This document shows positions 39,301-49,034 of a stretch of DNA of 64,000 nucleotides, piece after piece. The position numbers and the translations under genes are program-made. The notes under the pieces were generated by a model, which worked only from the letters and a program-made list of their open reading frames with translations, was not told where the DNA came from and did no database searches. The DNA is taken from assembly GCA_965205505.1 (NCBI GenBank), contig CBDBHB010000008.1:1184001-1248000 (forward strand), written 5' to 3'. The DNA comes from Acidobacteriota bacterium (GTDB lineage: Bacteria > Acidobacteriota > UBA890 > WLXD01). Position 1 is the stretch's first letter. Each line of letters starts with the position of its first letter.

Positions 39301-39638
39301 TCGATCTTTCCGAGATCGAACCGGCGGCAAAGTCGATCACCGAGCACCTCGGCGAGCTCGAACTGCTGCTGTGGAACCCGAAAATCGAAGGCTACAACGA
39401 CATCCACCACTTCGTCGCCGGCTACGACACCAAGGTGGCGTACCTGTACGACAAGGTGGACTCATCGGATCACCGCCCCACCACTGGGCAGCGCCTGCGC
39501 TACGAGGAGCTACACGCCGAGCTCGAGAAGCTGTTCGCTCAGCTAGAGGAGTTCTATGCCTCCGACGTCGCGGCGCTCGGCCAGATGATGCGGGACTCCG
39601 GGGCGATGCCGGTGCAGATGTCGAAGCAGCAGCGCTAG
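36372..39638 (+). CDS. VPS10/BNR-repeat glycosyl hydrolase-like protein
   Basis: GPYRGGR, many S/T-x-D-x-G-x-[TS]-W Asp-boxes, C-terminal coiled coil. Confidence 0.9.
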   Translation: MRFSRIPSLRLFASLMSALVAVASMSTAGAAPQTDTDPNTIVDPALYQSLRFRFLGPYRGGRSGAVMGVPGEPHTFYLGASGGLYKTTNAGETWNVISDEHFEVSTIGAIAVAPSDTNVVYVGTGQKTIRSNVSIGKGMYRSTDAGRSWTHIGLRDAGQIGRIRVHPDDPDLVYVAVIGNPFGRSETRGVFRSRDGGDNWEKVLYFDDDTGSSELELDLSNPRNLYATAWTVERKPWTIISGGDDDGIYKSTDGGDTWKRLAGGLPETTMGKIGLTLSASNPDKLYALVETDPEVSGLYISDDAGETWRLQETNVGRNLYERSWYYTHIFVDPQNENLVYALAVGLFKSTDGGRTWERRSAPHGDFHDLWINPNDSDILAIADDGGVQVTLDQMNTWTTYLNQPTAEIYNIFVDNLFPYHVYGSQQDNSTIRLPSQFQGALTPYGYWRSVGGCESAHIGFDPDNPVEIYAGCYSGEISRVNLVTGDRQAIMVYPQMEFGLPASDLKFRFNWNAPIRMSPYDQSVVYHSAQRVVRTRDGGHSWEVISPDLTTNDPETQIRSGAPITYEDTGGEVYNTIFAFEESFYEKDLLWVGTDDGKVWVSRDAGGNWSDITPPGMPARGTVNNIELSAHDPGRIFVPVKAFMLDNWEPYIFATSNYGASWTRLTTGDNGIPADTPVRIVREDPEVRGLLYAGTEFGLYVSFDDGTHWQKMQLNLPPIPITDMRVHRNDLVISTQGRGIYVLDDITPLRQARQAHAAIVDGSAPAHLFPPRETVQAFTSGRSGPEARSGENPPAGVQIFYALQADAAAAAEDDDDAGAADQDDALTLEIFGPNGDLVHTFHSHRDPESNPRDIDFASRGQIRLTADTGMNRFLWNTRYPPIDRPDGMVIYGLTHGPRTIPGEHRVRLSIGDWSQEATFQIVGDPRLDTPQAHHDERLEMELRMRDDLQAVFGAIRTLSSVRDQIGNRLDSMRAAGIDLSEIEPAAKSITEHLGELELLLWNPKIEGYNDIHHFVAGYDTKVAYLYDKVDSSDHRPTTGQRLRYEELHAELEKLFAQLEEFYASDVAALGQMMRDSGAMPVQMSKQQR

Positions 39639-39825
39639 TGGCCTGTAACAGATGATCGTTGCGTATCGCAAATGGGATTTGCGGGTGAGATCAAGGCGCG
39701 GCGAGGCGGCGCCGCGGAGACGGCGGCGAGGCTTGGCGGTCGCACCCCCGCGGATCTGGACGCTCAGCGTGCTATTTTGGGCGGTGCAAAACCTCGCTGA
39801 ACTGTGGGGGGGCCGTGCGCCAACC

Positions 39826-42300
39826 ATGAAGACAGTCGCCGTACGTGCTGCGGTCGTCGCTATCTGGCTCGCCGCCGGATGTCAGCCCGCCGGGATTGGT
39901 GCGGCCGGCTGGCCGACAGCAAACGTGCTCTCGGCCGCGAACACGCTCGCCGTCACCCGCTGGGCCGCTGCAACCTCCCCGACTCGCCCTTCGGAGCTGA
40001 ACCCGGTCATCCGGCAGTATCCGGTCATCCGGCAGTATTGCGTCCGGTGCCACAACGACCAGATGCTGCGGGGCAATCTTTCGCTCGAAACGTTCGACGC
40101 CGCTGCGGCGCACGAGCGCGCCGCAACGGCCGAGAAGATGATCGTCAAGCTCCGGGCCGGGATGATGCCCCCGCCCGGCGCCCGCCGGCCGACCGGAGAT
40201 ACGCTCCTGACGCTCGTCGAGACGCTCGAGAACGTGGTCGACGAGGCCGCCGCGGTCAATCCGAATCCCGGCGCCCGCCGATTCCAGCGGCTCAATCGGG
40301 CCGAGTACGAACGCGTGATCCGCGATCTCCTGGCGCTCGAGGTGGACGCTAGCCGGTGGCTTCCCGCCGACACCTACTTGGGCAACTTCGACAACATGTC
40401 GGACGCGCAGGGACTTTCGACCACGTTGCTCGAAGCGTACCTGCGGGCCGCAACGGACGTCAGTCGCCTGGCCGTCGGTAACCCGGCGGCCCTGCCCAAG
40501 AGTGCGAAGTACACGAACCCGATCGAGGTCTCGCAACACGCCTGGGACCACATCGAGGGGGCCCCCTACGGGACGCGGGGCGGAATGGTCGTCACCCACA
40601 ACTTCGCCGCCGACGGGGAGTATGTCTTCTCGATCGAGACCCTGTTCGGCAACGGTACCGGATTCGAGGATATCGATATCTCGATCGACGGCGAGGGCGT
40701 GGCTCACCTCGGTCTGGCACACGGCGCCGCCTCGGGCCTCCCGATCCGGACGAAGCCGATCCTCGTTCGTGCTGGCCAGCGCCGAGTCTCGGCAGCATTC
40801 GTCCGCAAGATCGAAGGTCCTTACGAGGATCGTCTGAGCCCACACGCGTGGTCCTTCGTCGGGGGCGAGGACTCTGTGGCCTGGGCCAACTACGGAATCA
40901 CGGCGTTACAGCACCTCAGCAATCTCATGATCACGGGACCTCAGCGATCCCGTGGTCTCTCGGCGACCGCCAGTCGCGAGCGGATCTTCAGCTGCCGTCC
41001 GTCGTCCGCCGGACAAGAGCGTCCGTGCGCCGAAGCGATCGTCTCGCGCCTCGCTCGGGAGGCATACCGCCGGCCGGTCACGGCGGAAGACCTCGCCGGC
41101 CCGATGTCGTTCTATGATCACGCCGCCGTGGAAGAAGGGTTCGAAGTCGGGGTCCGAACCGCTCTTCAGGCGGTCCTTGCGAGCCCGCTTTTCATATTCC
41201 GCCTCGAGCAGGCACCCACCGACGTGCGGCCGGGGGCGAGCTATCGTTTGAGCGACCTCGATCTCGCCACCCGCCTCTCGTTCTTCCTGTGGGCCACGAG
41301 CCCGGACGACGAGCTGCTCGCGCTGGCGGCGGCCGGCCGGCTTTCCGAGCCAAACGCATTGGAACAGCAGGTCGAACGGATGTTGGACGACCCGCGCTCG
41401 GAGGCGCTCACTACGCGCTTCGCGTCGCAGTGGCTGCGCCTGCAGGACGCGGAGGACAACCAGCCGGAGCCCTACCTGTACCCTGATTTCACCGGCCAGC
41501 TGAACGACGACTTGGTGCGGGAGACACAGCTCTTCTTCGACAACCTCGTCCGCGAGGATCGCAGCTTTCTGGAGCTGCTCACAGCGGACTACACATTCCT
41601 CAACGAGCGCCTGGCGCGTCACTACGGGATTCCCGGCGTATCGGGCGACCAGTTCCGTCGTGTCACCTACCCTGACAACATGCGACGCGGCATCTTGGGC
41701 CACGGGAGCGTCCTGTTGCTGACGTCGATGTCGGCCCGCACCTCTCCCGTGCTCCGCGGCAAGTGGGTGATGGAGGTGCTCATGGGGACGCCGCCGCCCC
41801 CGCCGCCCCCCGACATTCCGGCGTTCGAGGACACCAAGAGCGCCGCGCAGGGCCGGCAGCTGACTACACGCGAGCGGCTGGAGATCCACCGCGCCAACCC
41901 GACCTGCCACGCCTGCCACCGGTTCATGGACCCGATCGGCCTGGCGCTGGACAACTACGACGTGACGGGCCGATTGCGAATCCGCGAGAACGGCGCCCCG
42001 CTCGACACGCGGGGCACCTTCTATGACGGCACCGACGTGAGCACCCCGAGCGAGCTCGTGGACCTGCTCATGAAGCGTCCGATCCCACTGGTACGGAACT
42101 TCGCCACGAACCTACTCGCGTATGCCATGGGTCGACGCGTCGAGTATTACGATCAACCCCAGATTCGCGACCTCGTGCGTGCAGCGGAGGCCAACGACTA
42201 CCGGATGTCTTCGTTCATCCTGGGGGTCGTGAAGAGCGTTCCGTTCCGGATGATGCGATCTGCAACGGTGGTCGACCAACAGACCGAGCCAGGCAACTAG
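39826..42300 (+). CDS. DUF1592/DUF1588 (PSD/PSCyt) cytochrome c-like protein
   Basis: CVRCH, RLNRAEY, LATRLSFFLW, TSPVLRGKW, CHACH. Confidence 0.9.
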   Translation: MKTVAVRAAVVAIWLAAGCQPAGIGAAGWPTANVLSAANTLAVTRWAAATSPTRPSELNPVIRQYPVIRQYCVRCHNDQMLRGNLSLETFDAAAAHERAATAEKMIVKLRAGMMPPPGARRPTGDTLLTLVETLENVVDEAAAVNPNPGARRFQRLNRAEYERVIRDLLALEVDASRWLPADTYLGNFDNMSDAQGLSTTLLEAYLRAATDVSRLAVGNPAALPKSAKYTNPIEVSQHAWDHIEGAPYGTRGGMVVTHNFAADGEYVFSIETLFGNGTGFEDIDISIDGEGVAHLGLAHGAASGLPIRTKPILVRAGQRRVSAAFVRKIEGPYEDRLSPHAWSFVGGEDSVAWANYGITALQHLSNLMITGPQRSRGLSATASRERIFSCRPSSAGQERPCAEAIVSRLAREAYRRPVTAEDLAGPMSFYDHAAVEEGFEVGVRTALQAVLASPLFIFRLEQAPTDVRPGASYRLSDLDLATRLSFFLWATSPDDELLALAAAGRLSEPNALEQQVERMLDDPRSEALTTRFASQWLRLQDAEDNQPEPYLYPDFTGQLNDDLVRETQLFFDNLVREDRSFLELLTADYTFLNERLARHYGIPGVSGDQFRRVTYPDNMRRGILGHGSVLLLTSMSARTSPVLRGKWVMEVLMGTPPPPPPPDIPAFEDTKSAAQGRQLTTRERLEIHRANPTCHACHRFMDPIGLALDNYDVTGRLRIRENGAPLDTRGTFYDGTDVSTPSELVDLLMKRPIPLVRNFATNLLAYAMGRRVEYYDQPQIRDLVRAAEANDYRMSSFILGVVKSVPFRMMRSATVVDQQTEPGN

Positions 42301-42319
42301 AACCAGGACACTGAAAGCC

Positions 42320-43750
42320 ATGGAATTCATCACCGGGAAACACCTCTCGCGGCGCTCGTTCATCCGGGGTACGGGTGTGAGCGTGGCGCTGCCCTTCCTC
42401 GACGCGATGGTGCCCGCCGGGCGGATCTGGCGAGACAGCACCCGCGAGCCTGGCTTCACGCGTCTGGTGTGCATCGAGGAGTCGATGGGCGCCGCCGGCT
42501 GCAGCGATTGGGGCGACGCCCGGCATCTGTTCGCTCCCGCCCAGGTCGGCCGCGATTTCGAGCTCGTCACGGACAGCCAGCTCGCGCCGCTAGCGGAATT
42601 CCGGGAGTACATGACGATCGTTAGCAATACCGATTGCCGGCCGGCCGAGGCGTTCCGTGCGCAGGAGATCGGCGGCGATCACGAGCGGTCGACGGCGGTG
42701 TTCCTGACCCAGGCGCACCCGAAGCAGACCCAGAGCTCGGACATCTACCTCGGCACGTCGCTCGACCAGCTCCACGCGCAGCGCTTCGGGCGTGACACCG
42801 CGCTCGCGTCACTCGAGCTCTGCATCGAGGGCATCGACCGTGGCGGTGGCTGCGCCTACAACTACCACTGCGCGTACACGGACTCGTTGGCCTGGGCATC
42901 GCCCAACCAGCCGCTGCCGGCGATCCGGGAGCCTAGGGTGGTGTTCGAACGGCTGTTCGGTGCCGGGGACACTCCCGAAGACCGGGCCGCCCGACGCCGT
43001 ACGAACCGGAGCATGATCGACTGGATCGTGACCGAGGTGGCGCGGCTCAAGCGAAGCCTGGGAGCGGTGGATCGTGTAGCACTGGACCAATACGTGGAGC
43101 ACATCCGCGAGATCGAGCGCCGCATCCAGCTCGTCGAGGCTCGCAACAGCAGCGGCGAGGAGCGGAGGATGCCCGAAGCACCTTCCGGCGTACCCGACTC
43201 GTTCGAAGAGCACATGCAACTGATGTTCGATCTACAGGTGCTCGCGCTACAGAGCGATCTGACCCGCGTCATCACGTTCAAGACCGGATTCGATCAGTCG
43301 AACCGCACCTTCCCGCGGAGCGGCACCACGAAGTCGATCCACGGGGCCTCCCACCACGGCAACGTGCCCGCGGAGGTCATGGACTTCCACAAGATCAACA
43401 GGTACCGCCTCGGCCAACTCAGATACTTCCTCGAGAAGATGCGCGATACGGTCGAGGGAGAGGCGTCGCTGCTGGACAAGACAGCGATCGTCTGGGGGTC
43501 CGCGATGGCCGATCCCAACCTCCACAACCACCGTCGCAATCCGCTTCTGCTCCTGGGTCATGCCAACGGAGCGCTCGAAGGAGGACTGCATGTACGGGCC
43601 CCCGAGGGCACGCCGATGGCGAACGCGCTCCTCAGCCTGATGCGGGAGATCGGGCACGAAGAGATGGGGACGTTCGGCGACAGCAACGGGGCGTTCGCGC
43701 TGGGCTTGCCGCGTGGGGCCGCCCCCGCCAACAGGAGCGACGTGGAATGA
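42320..43750 (+). CDS. DUF1552 domain protein
   Basis: SRRSFIRG Tat motif, ALPFLDAM, FERLFG, HGASHH. Confidence 0.9.
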   Translation: MEFITGKHLSRRSFIRGTGVSVALPFLDAMVPAGRIWRDSTREPGFTRLVCIEESMGAAGCSDWGDARHLFAPAQVGRDFELVTDSQLAPLAEFREYMTIVSNTDCRPAEAFRAQEIGGDHERSTAVFLTQAHPKQTQSSDIYLGTSLDQLHAQRFGRDTALASLELCIEGIDRGGGCAYNYHCAYTDSLAWASPNQPLPAIREPRVVFERLFGAGDTPEDRAARRRTNRSMIDWIVTEVARLKRSLGAVDRVALDQYVEHIREIERRIQLVEARNSSGEERRMPEAPSGVPDSFEEHMQLMFDLQVLALQSDLTRVITFKTGFDQSNRTFPRSGTTKSIHGASHHGNVPAEVMDFHKINRYRLGQLRYFLEKMRDTVEGEASLLDKTAIVWGSAMADPNLHNHRRNPLLLLGHANGALEGGLHVRAPEGTPMANALLSLMREIGHEEMGTFGDSNGAFALGLPRGAAPANRSDVE

Positions 43751-45711
43751 GCGCGCGCCCGCTCGGCTCGGTGAGGCCGCTGGTCCTGGTCGGCCTGGTA
43801 ACCCTTCTTTGCGGCGCCGCCTTCTCGCCCGACACCCCGCTCATCGATGCGGCGCGCAACGGAGACGCCGACGCCGTCGGCGCGCTTCTCGATCGTGGTG
43901 CCGAGGTGAACGCGGCGCAGGGCGACGGCATGACCGCTCTGCATTGGGCCGCCGACCGCGGCCACGTTGCGGTTGCCGAACACCTGATCTCGGCATCCGC
44001 CGATGTCGGAGCGAAGACGCGGATCGGCGGCTACACGCCGCTACATCTGGCCAGCCGTGGAGGGCGCGGCGCGATCGTCCGCATGCTGCTGGAGGTGGGG
44101 AGCGACCCCGACGCGATCACCTCGAGCAGCGGTGTGACGCCGCTGCACCTCGCCGCAGCGGCGATCGGCGGCACCGACGCGGTTGCTGCCCTTCTGGCTC
44201 ACGGTGCGGACCCCAACGTCCTGGAATGGTCGGCCGGGCAGACTCCGCTGATGTTTGCCGCCGGATCCGGTCGCGCCGGGGCCGTGCGGAAGCTCCTCGC
44301 GGCCGGCGCGGACTCCGGAATCAGCACTCAGGTCGTGGACGTTCTGCCGCGCCTGGCGCTGGATCGCGAGGCCAGGCGGCGCCTACAGGAGATGGTCGGC
44401 GAATCGCAGGCCACTGCGGACCGCTACGGCGCGGGGACAGAAAACGCTGTGACTGTGGAGCCGGATCCTGCCGACGTCCAGGCGGCCATTCGCGCCCAGC
44501 GCGAGTTCCTGCGTTCCGGCTACGATGTCGGCGAGGTCGACCCATACTCGCTGGCACGCGTCCGCCCCGACTACCCTGGGGGCCCCGACGTCGTGCGACC
44601 CCCCTATCGGGAGACCCTGGTCGCAATAACCGGCGGCATGACAGCGCTCTTGCACGCGGCTCGGGAGGGCCACATCGAAGCTGCCGTGGCGCTTCTCGAT
44701 GGCGGCGCAGACGTCAACCAGGTGAGCGACGGAGATCGAACCAGCGCGCTGCTGATGGCGGCGCTCAACGGCCAGTTCGATCTCGCACTGATTCTTCTCG
44801 AGGCAGGTGCGGATCCCGACCTGGCCGCGTCCACCGATGGAGCCGCGCCCCTGTTCGCCGTGCTACAGACACAGTGGGCTCCGAAGTCGAACTACCCCCA
44901 GCCGCGGGCGCAGGATGATCAGCGGTCGGAGTACATGGAAGTGCTTGAGGCCCTGCTCGCCGCCGGCGCCGATCCCGACGTCCGGCTCAACACACATCTG
45001 TGGTACTGGGAGTTCGGGCTCACGAAGATGGGGCTCGATCTGACCGGCGCCACGCCGTTCTGGCGCGCCGCGTTCGCCCAGGATCTCGAGGCCATGAAAC
45101 TACTCGCGGCGCATGGCGCCGATCCGAACATCCCGACTCGTTGGCCAGCGGTCGGGATGCGCGAGCGACGTCAGCAAGACGGGCGACAGCAGGAAGACTC
45201 GCGCCTGCCCTACATCCCCGAGGGGGCGCCCAACGCCTATTCGATCCACGCTGCGGCGGGCGGCGCATACATCGGGCTCGGCGCCTTCAGCGTGCGGAGC
45301 GCGCCGGCGCAGTTTCTTCCGGCGGTCAAGTACCTGGTCGAGGAGCACGGCGCCGACGTCAACCTCGCTGACTCCTGGCTCTACACGCCGCTCCACTACG
45401 CAGCATCGCGTGGGGACAACGAGCTAATCGAATACCTCGTAGCGCAGGGCGCCGAGGTCAACGCGATCACCCGACTGGGCCAGTCGACTGCCGACATGGC
45501 GCGCGGCGGGCAAGGCGGGTTCTTCGTGCGCGTCGCGTACCCGGAGACGGTGGAGCTGCTCACGAGCCTGGGCTCGACGCTCGAATGCCTCAACACGCAT
45601 TTCCTTGGCACCGGGGACGTCTGCGCGGGCGCCGGCGTCAACGACCCGTGGGCGCCGCCAGCGGATGGTGACGAGTCTGCGCCATCGCGTAAGTCAAAGA
45701 CACCGCGCTAG
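43747..45711 (+). CDS. Ankyrin repeat protein
   Basis: Many GxTPLHxAA repeats after a signal peptide. Confidence 0.92.
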   Translation: MSARPLGSVRPLVLVGLVTLLCGAAFSPDTPLIDAARNGDADAVGALLDRGAEVNAAQGDGMTALHWAADRGHVAVAEHLISASADVGAKTRIGGYTPLHLASRGGRGAIVRMLLEVGSDPDAITSSSGVTPLHLAAAAIGGTDAVAALLAHGADPNVLEWSAGQTPLMFAAGSGRAGAVRKLLAAGADSGISTQVVDVLPRLALDREARRRLQEMVGESQATADRYGAGTENAVTVEPDPADVQAAIRAQREFLRSGYDVGEVDPYSLARVRPDYPGGPDVVRPPYRETLVAITGGMTALLHAAREGHIEAAVALLDGGADVNQVSDGDRTSALLMAALNGQFDLALILLEAGADPDLAASTDGAAPLFAVLQTQWAPKSNYPQPRAQDDQRSEYMEVLEALLAAGADPDVRLNTHLWYWEFGLTKMGLDLTGATPFWRAAFAQDLEAMKLLAAHGADPNIPTRWPAVGMRERRQQDGRQQEDSRLPYIPEGAPNAYSIHAAAGGAYIGLGAFSVRSAPAQFLPAVKYLVEEHGADVNLADSWLYTPLHYAASRGDNELIEYLVAQGAEVNAITRLGQSTADMARGGQGGFFVRVAYPETVELLTSLGSTLECLNTHFLGTGDVCAGAGVNDPWAPPADGDESAPSRKSKTPR

Positions 45712-45757
45712 CGCCTTGGCCGACGCGCGTGACCCTCTGACTCCTCAGGGAGAGACC

Positions 45758-45945
45758 GTGAAAACTCCCGCTCGTCTTCATGTGCATCTGCGCGGCCGTA
45801 TTGCCGGCCTGCGCGGGCGAGAACCAAGCAGCCGCGCCACTCCCGGCTTCAGACGGATCGATCACCAAGGGCGGCGACGACAGGACGGGTCACTACGACG
45901 CCGTGGAGGGGTGGTGGAAACAAGCCCCGAACCACGAACAAGTTC
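45758..45945 (+). pseudogene. Truncated, frameshifted lipoprotein gene start (possibly NHL-repeat family)
   Basis: GGGAGA RBS plus GTG, extra A in an AAAA run, LPAC lipobox, KGGDDRTGHYDAVEGWWK then abrupt end. Confidence 0.5.
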
Positions 45946-46066
45946 GTCCCCAAACCGGACGCTGACCCGAGCAAGCTCCTGGGCAGACGGCTACTGCTGA
46001 CGAACTGAGAGCGTGCTTCAGTCCTGGTATCGCATCCGGGCCCTGAACGAAAGGGAGACGAGACAG

Positions 46067-47407
46067 ATGTGTGATACAGCCTTACATCCGACAGCCAATC
46101 GAGCCCGCCTGCCACAGCGACGCAGGCGATCCGGCTGGACGACGCTAGCGGCGCTGAGCATTCTGGCGATCGCGTCGCTGGCGGGCGGCTCGATTCCCGG
46201 CCAGGAGCTATGGGACGCGAGCCTTGGCGGCGATCTCGTTAGCAACGGCGCCGTGATAACGCATCGAGGTAACGTCTATGCGACCTTCACGGTCGATGAC
46301 GGACAAGTTACCGTCGCCTACGACTCCGATGGCCAGCGACTCTGGGACCGCGAGACCTCCGAGGTCGAGACGCGCGTACTTGTAGCGAGGAAGAGGCAGG
46401 TCTTCGTAATGGGCAATCACGAGGGCGACGACCCCGACATGATTGACGTCACCGCTTTCGACGCGGCGACCGGTGCGACCCAATGGCACCAACGGGTCGA
46501 TGTGAACAGGCAATCAGGCGCCAGCGGGATGGCCGCGATCCGAGGCAAGTTGTACGTGGCTGGCGCCGTGGAAAGTCCGGAGAACGACCTCACGTTCCGA
46601 GGTTTCCTGCAGATCTACAATGCCGCGGACGGCGCGGTTATCGACAACGTGATACTCGACGAGGAATCGGGATTCTCCAGCATCGCGACAAAAGGGAATC
46701 GGATTTTTGTCGCGGGCGCCGCCGAGGCGGTCACCACCACGCGCGGTCGCGTAGACGACTTCGCGTTCCTGGTGCAATCTCGCAACGGTGACACATTGGA
46801 GCTCCTCTGGGAGCAGATAGTCAACCTCGAAGATCGAAGAGATTTGGCCGGCTTCATCGTCGCGAAAGGAAAACGAGTGTACGTTGCCGGAAGGAGCGAG
46901 GACACAACCGGTCTGGGTGTGGTCGGCCTTCTGGTGGCCGCGCTGGACGCGGCGACGGGCGCGGAACTGTGGACCTACACCTTCGATGACGACACGAGCG
47001 ACGCGGAGTTCATATCGATGGCGTTCCGCGGCGGGAAGGTGTTCGTGTCGATGACCGTCGACGACACCGGGATCGTCACGGCGCTACGGGGACGTGACGG
47101 CCATGAGCTGTGGCAGGTCACCGAGAAACTCGGCGAAGCGACGTCGTTCCGGGCCGTCGCCGCCGGGAAGGGCATCGTCGTCGCCGTCGGGGATGATGAG
47201 AAGGCGGATGGGTCCCGTACATTGCTGGTCGTGGGCTTCAATCCGAAGACCGGTGCCGGGCTGTGGCTGGCCGAAGCGGGCGAGACGGGCGGAAGCGCCG
47301 AAGCCGCGGCGGTCACGGGAGGCAGGGAGGCTGTGTTCGTGACCGGCCAAGTCAGGGCGCCGGGCTCCTCCGCAGAAATGACCACACGAGCGTACGCAAC
47401 CAAGTGA
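46067..47407 (+). CDS. PQQ-like beta-propeller repeat protein
   Basis: Repeated A.D..TG..LW motifs. Confidence 0.75.
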   Translation: MCDTALHPTANRARLPQRRRRSGWTTLAALSILAIASLAGGSIPGQELWDASLGGDLVSNGAVITHRGNVYATFTVDDGQVTVAYDSDGQRLWDRETSEVETRVLVARKRQVFVMGNHEGDDPDMIDVTAFDAATGATQWHQRVDVNRQSGASGMAAIRGKLYVAGAVESPENDLTFRGFLQIYNAADGAVIDNVILDEESGFSSIATKGNRIFVAGAAEAVTTTRGRVDDFAFLVQSRNGDTLELLWEQIVNLEDRRDLAGFIVAKGKRVYVAGRSEDTTGLGVVGLLVAALDAATGAELWTYTFDDDTSDAEFISMAFRGGKVFVSMTVDDTGIVTALRGRDGHELWQVTEKLGEATSFRAVAAGKGIVVAVGDDEKADGSRTLLVVGFNPKTGAGLWLAEAGETGGSAEAAAVTGGREAVFVTGQVRAPGSSAEMTTRAYATK

Positions 47408-47481
47408 CGCCGTCGCGGATGCCGGCGCGTGCCTGCCACGCACGCAGGCCGTCCGCCCCTCAGGAACAGACAAGAGACCCG

Positions 47482-48413
47482 CTGAAACTGCTCCTGATTG
47501 GCTCGCTGTGCCTGGCGAACGCCTACGCCCCGCGTGGCATCGACAGGGAGAGCGCAACCCCGCGTCCCAACATCATCTTCGTGATGGCCGACGACCTCGG
47601 CTACGGCGACCTCGGAGCTACGACCAGGAGCTGATCGAAACGCCGAACCTGGATCGAATGGCGCAGGAGGGCATCCGGTTCCGTTCCTTCTACGCCGGCA
47701 GCACGGTGTGTGCTCCTTCCAGGAGCGTCCTGATGACCGGTCTGCAAAGCGGCGATGATCACGCGCCTGGATCGCGACGTCGGCCGGATCCTGGAGAAGC
47801 TCTCCGCCCTGGGCATCGACAGGCGCACCGTCGTGCTGTTCACCAGCGACAACGGCCCACACGACGAGGGCGGCCACGACACCGAGCGCTTCACGCCCGG
47901 CGGTCCGTTGCGCGGCATGAAACGGGATCTTTACGAGGGCGGCATTCGCGTCCCGCTGATCGTCCGCTGGCCGGGAACGGCACTGGCCGGCGCGATCACC
48001 GACCACGTCGGGTACTTCGGCGACCTGATGGCGACGGCAGCCGACTGGGCCGGGGTCGACGTGCCTCCCGACCTGGATTCGATCAGCCTCGCTCCAACCA
48101 TCGCCGGGCAATTCGACCGCCAACAGGATCACGAGTACCTTACTGGGAGTCCGACGAGCGCGGCGGCAAGCAGGCGGTGCGCCACCAGAACTGGAAGGCC
48201 GTCCGGCGTCCGATGTTCACGGGCCCGACCGAGCTCTACGATCTCGATGAGGATCTGGGCGAGGCGCATGATCTGGCCGCCCAGCGCCCCGACCTGGTGG
48301 CCCGGCTGGAGGCGATGATGACCGAGGCCCACGTCGACCATCCGAACTGGCGAGTATCCGGAGAACCGGAAGCGGAACAGCCTCGGCCTGGTGACGGCAG
48401 GCCGCGTTTCTGA
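47482..48413 (+). pseudogene. Arylsulfatase pseudogene (two frameshifts, large internal deletion)
   Basis: [16 protein letters not shown] / [19 protein letters not shown] joined directly to [24 protein letters not shown] / ELYDL. Confidence 0.85.
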
Positions 48414-48468
48414 GAAGCTAGCCCGGCTCACAACCGCAGACAACAGCAGTCCTACGGAGAGGGAAACG

Positions 48469-48957
48469 ATGTCCGACGAGCCGGTTCGTTACGAGGGAAG
48501 GTGCGCGTGCGGAGCCGTGAAGGTCACCGCCACCGGCAAGCCTACCGCCGCCGGCTACTGTCACTGTGAGTCGTGTCGTCGGTGGCACACGGCTCCGATC
48601 AATGCCTGGGCCGCGTGGGCGGGCGACGCCGTCACCATCACCCAGGGCGAGGACGAGCTCGTCCGGTTCGATACCCGCGATCAGGGCGGCTCCAACGTTC
48701 GCTGCTCGTGTGGCCGGTGCGGCTCGGGGGTGATGAACCAGCGACACGACGGCGTGACGGTAGTCTACCCGTCGGCGCTGCACGGCTCCGGCTTCGAGCA
48801 TGATCCGATGGTGCACATCCACTACCAAGAGCGTGTCCTCGACGTCAACGACGGCTTGCCCAAGTTCGCCGACAGCCCGGCGGAGTATGGCGGATCCGGG
48901 AAGATGATCGAGGAGCCAACTCGTACCGGGCCGTCGAGCGGCCAGGAAGCGTCGTGA
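48469..48957 (+). CDS. GFA family protein
   Basis: GRCACGAV, CHCESCRR, CGRCGS. Confidence 0.9.
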   Translation: MSDEPVRYEGRCACGAVKVTATGKPTAAGYCHCESCRRWHTAPINAWAAWAGDAVTITQGEDELVRFDTRDQGGSNVRCSCGRCGSGVMNQRHDGVTVVYPSALHGSGFEHDPMVHIHYQERVLDVNDGLPKFADSPAEYGGSGKMIEEPTRTGPSSGQEAS

Positions 48958-49034
48958 CGTCGTCCTGAAGGCGCGGCTCGGCGACTGCCCCGGACCGGCA
49001 GCGTGGGTTCGTACCAGTGCTCGCAGCGCGGTGG

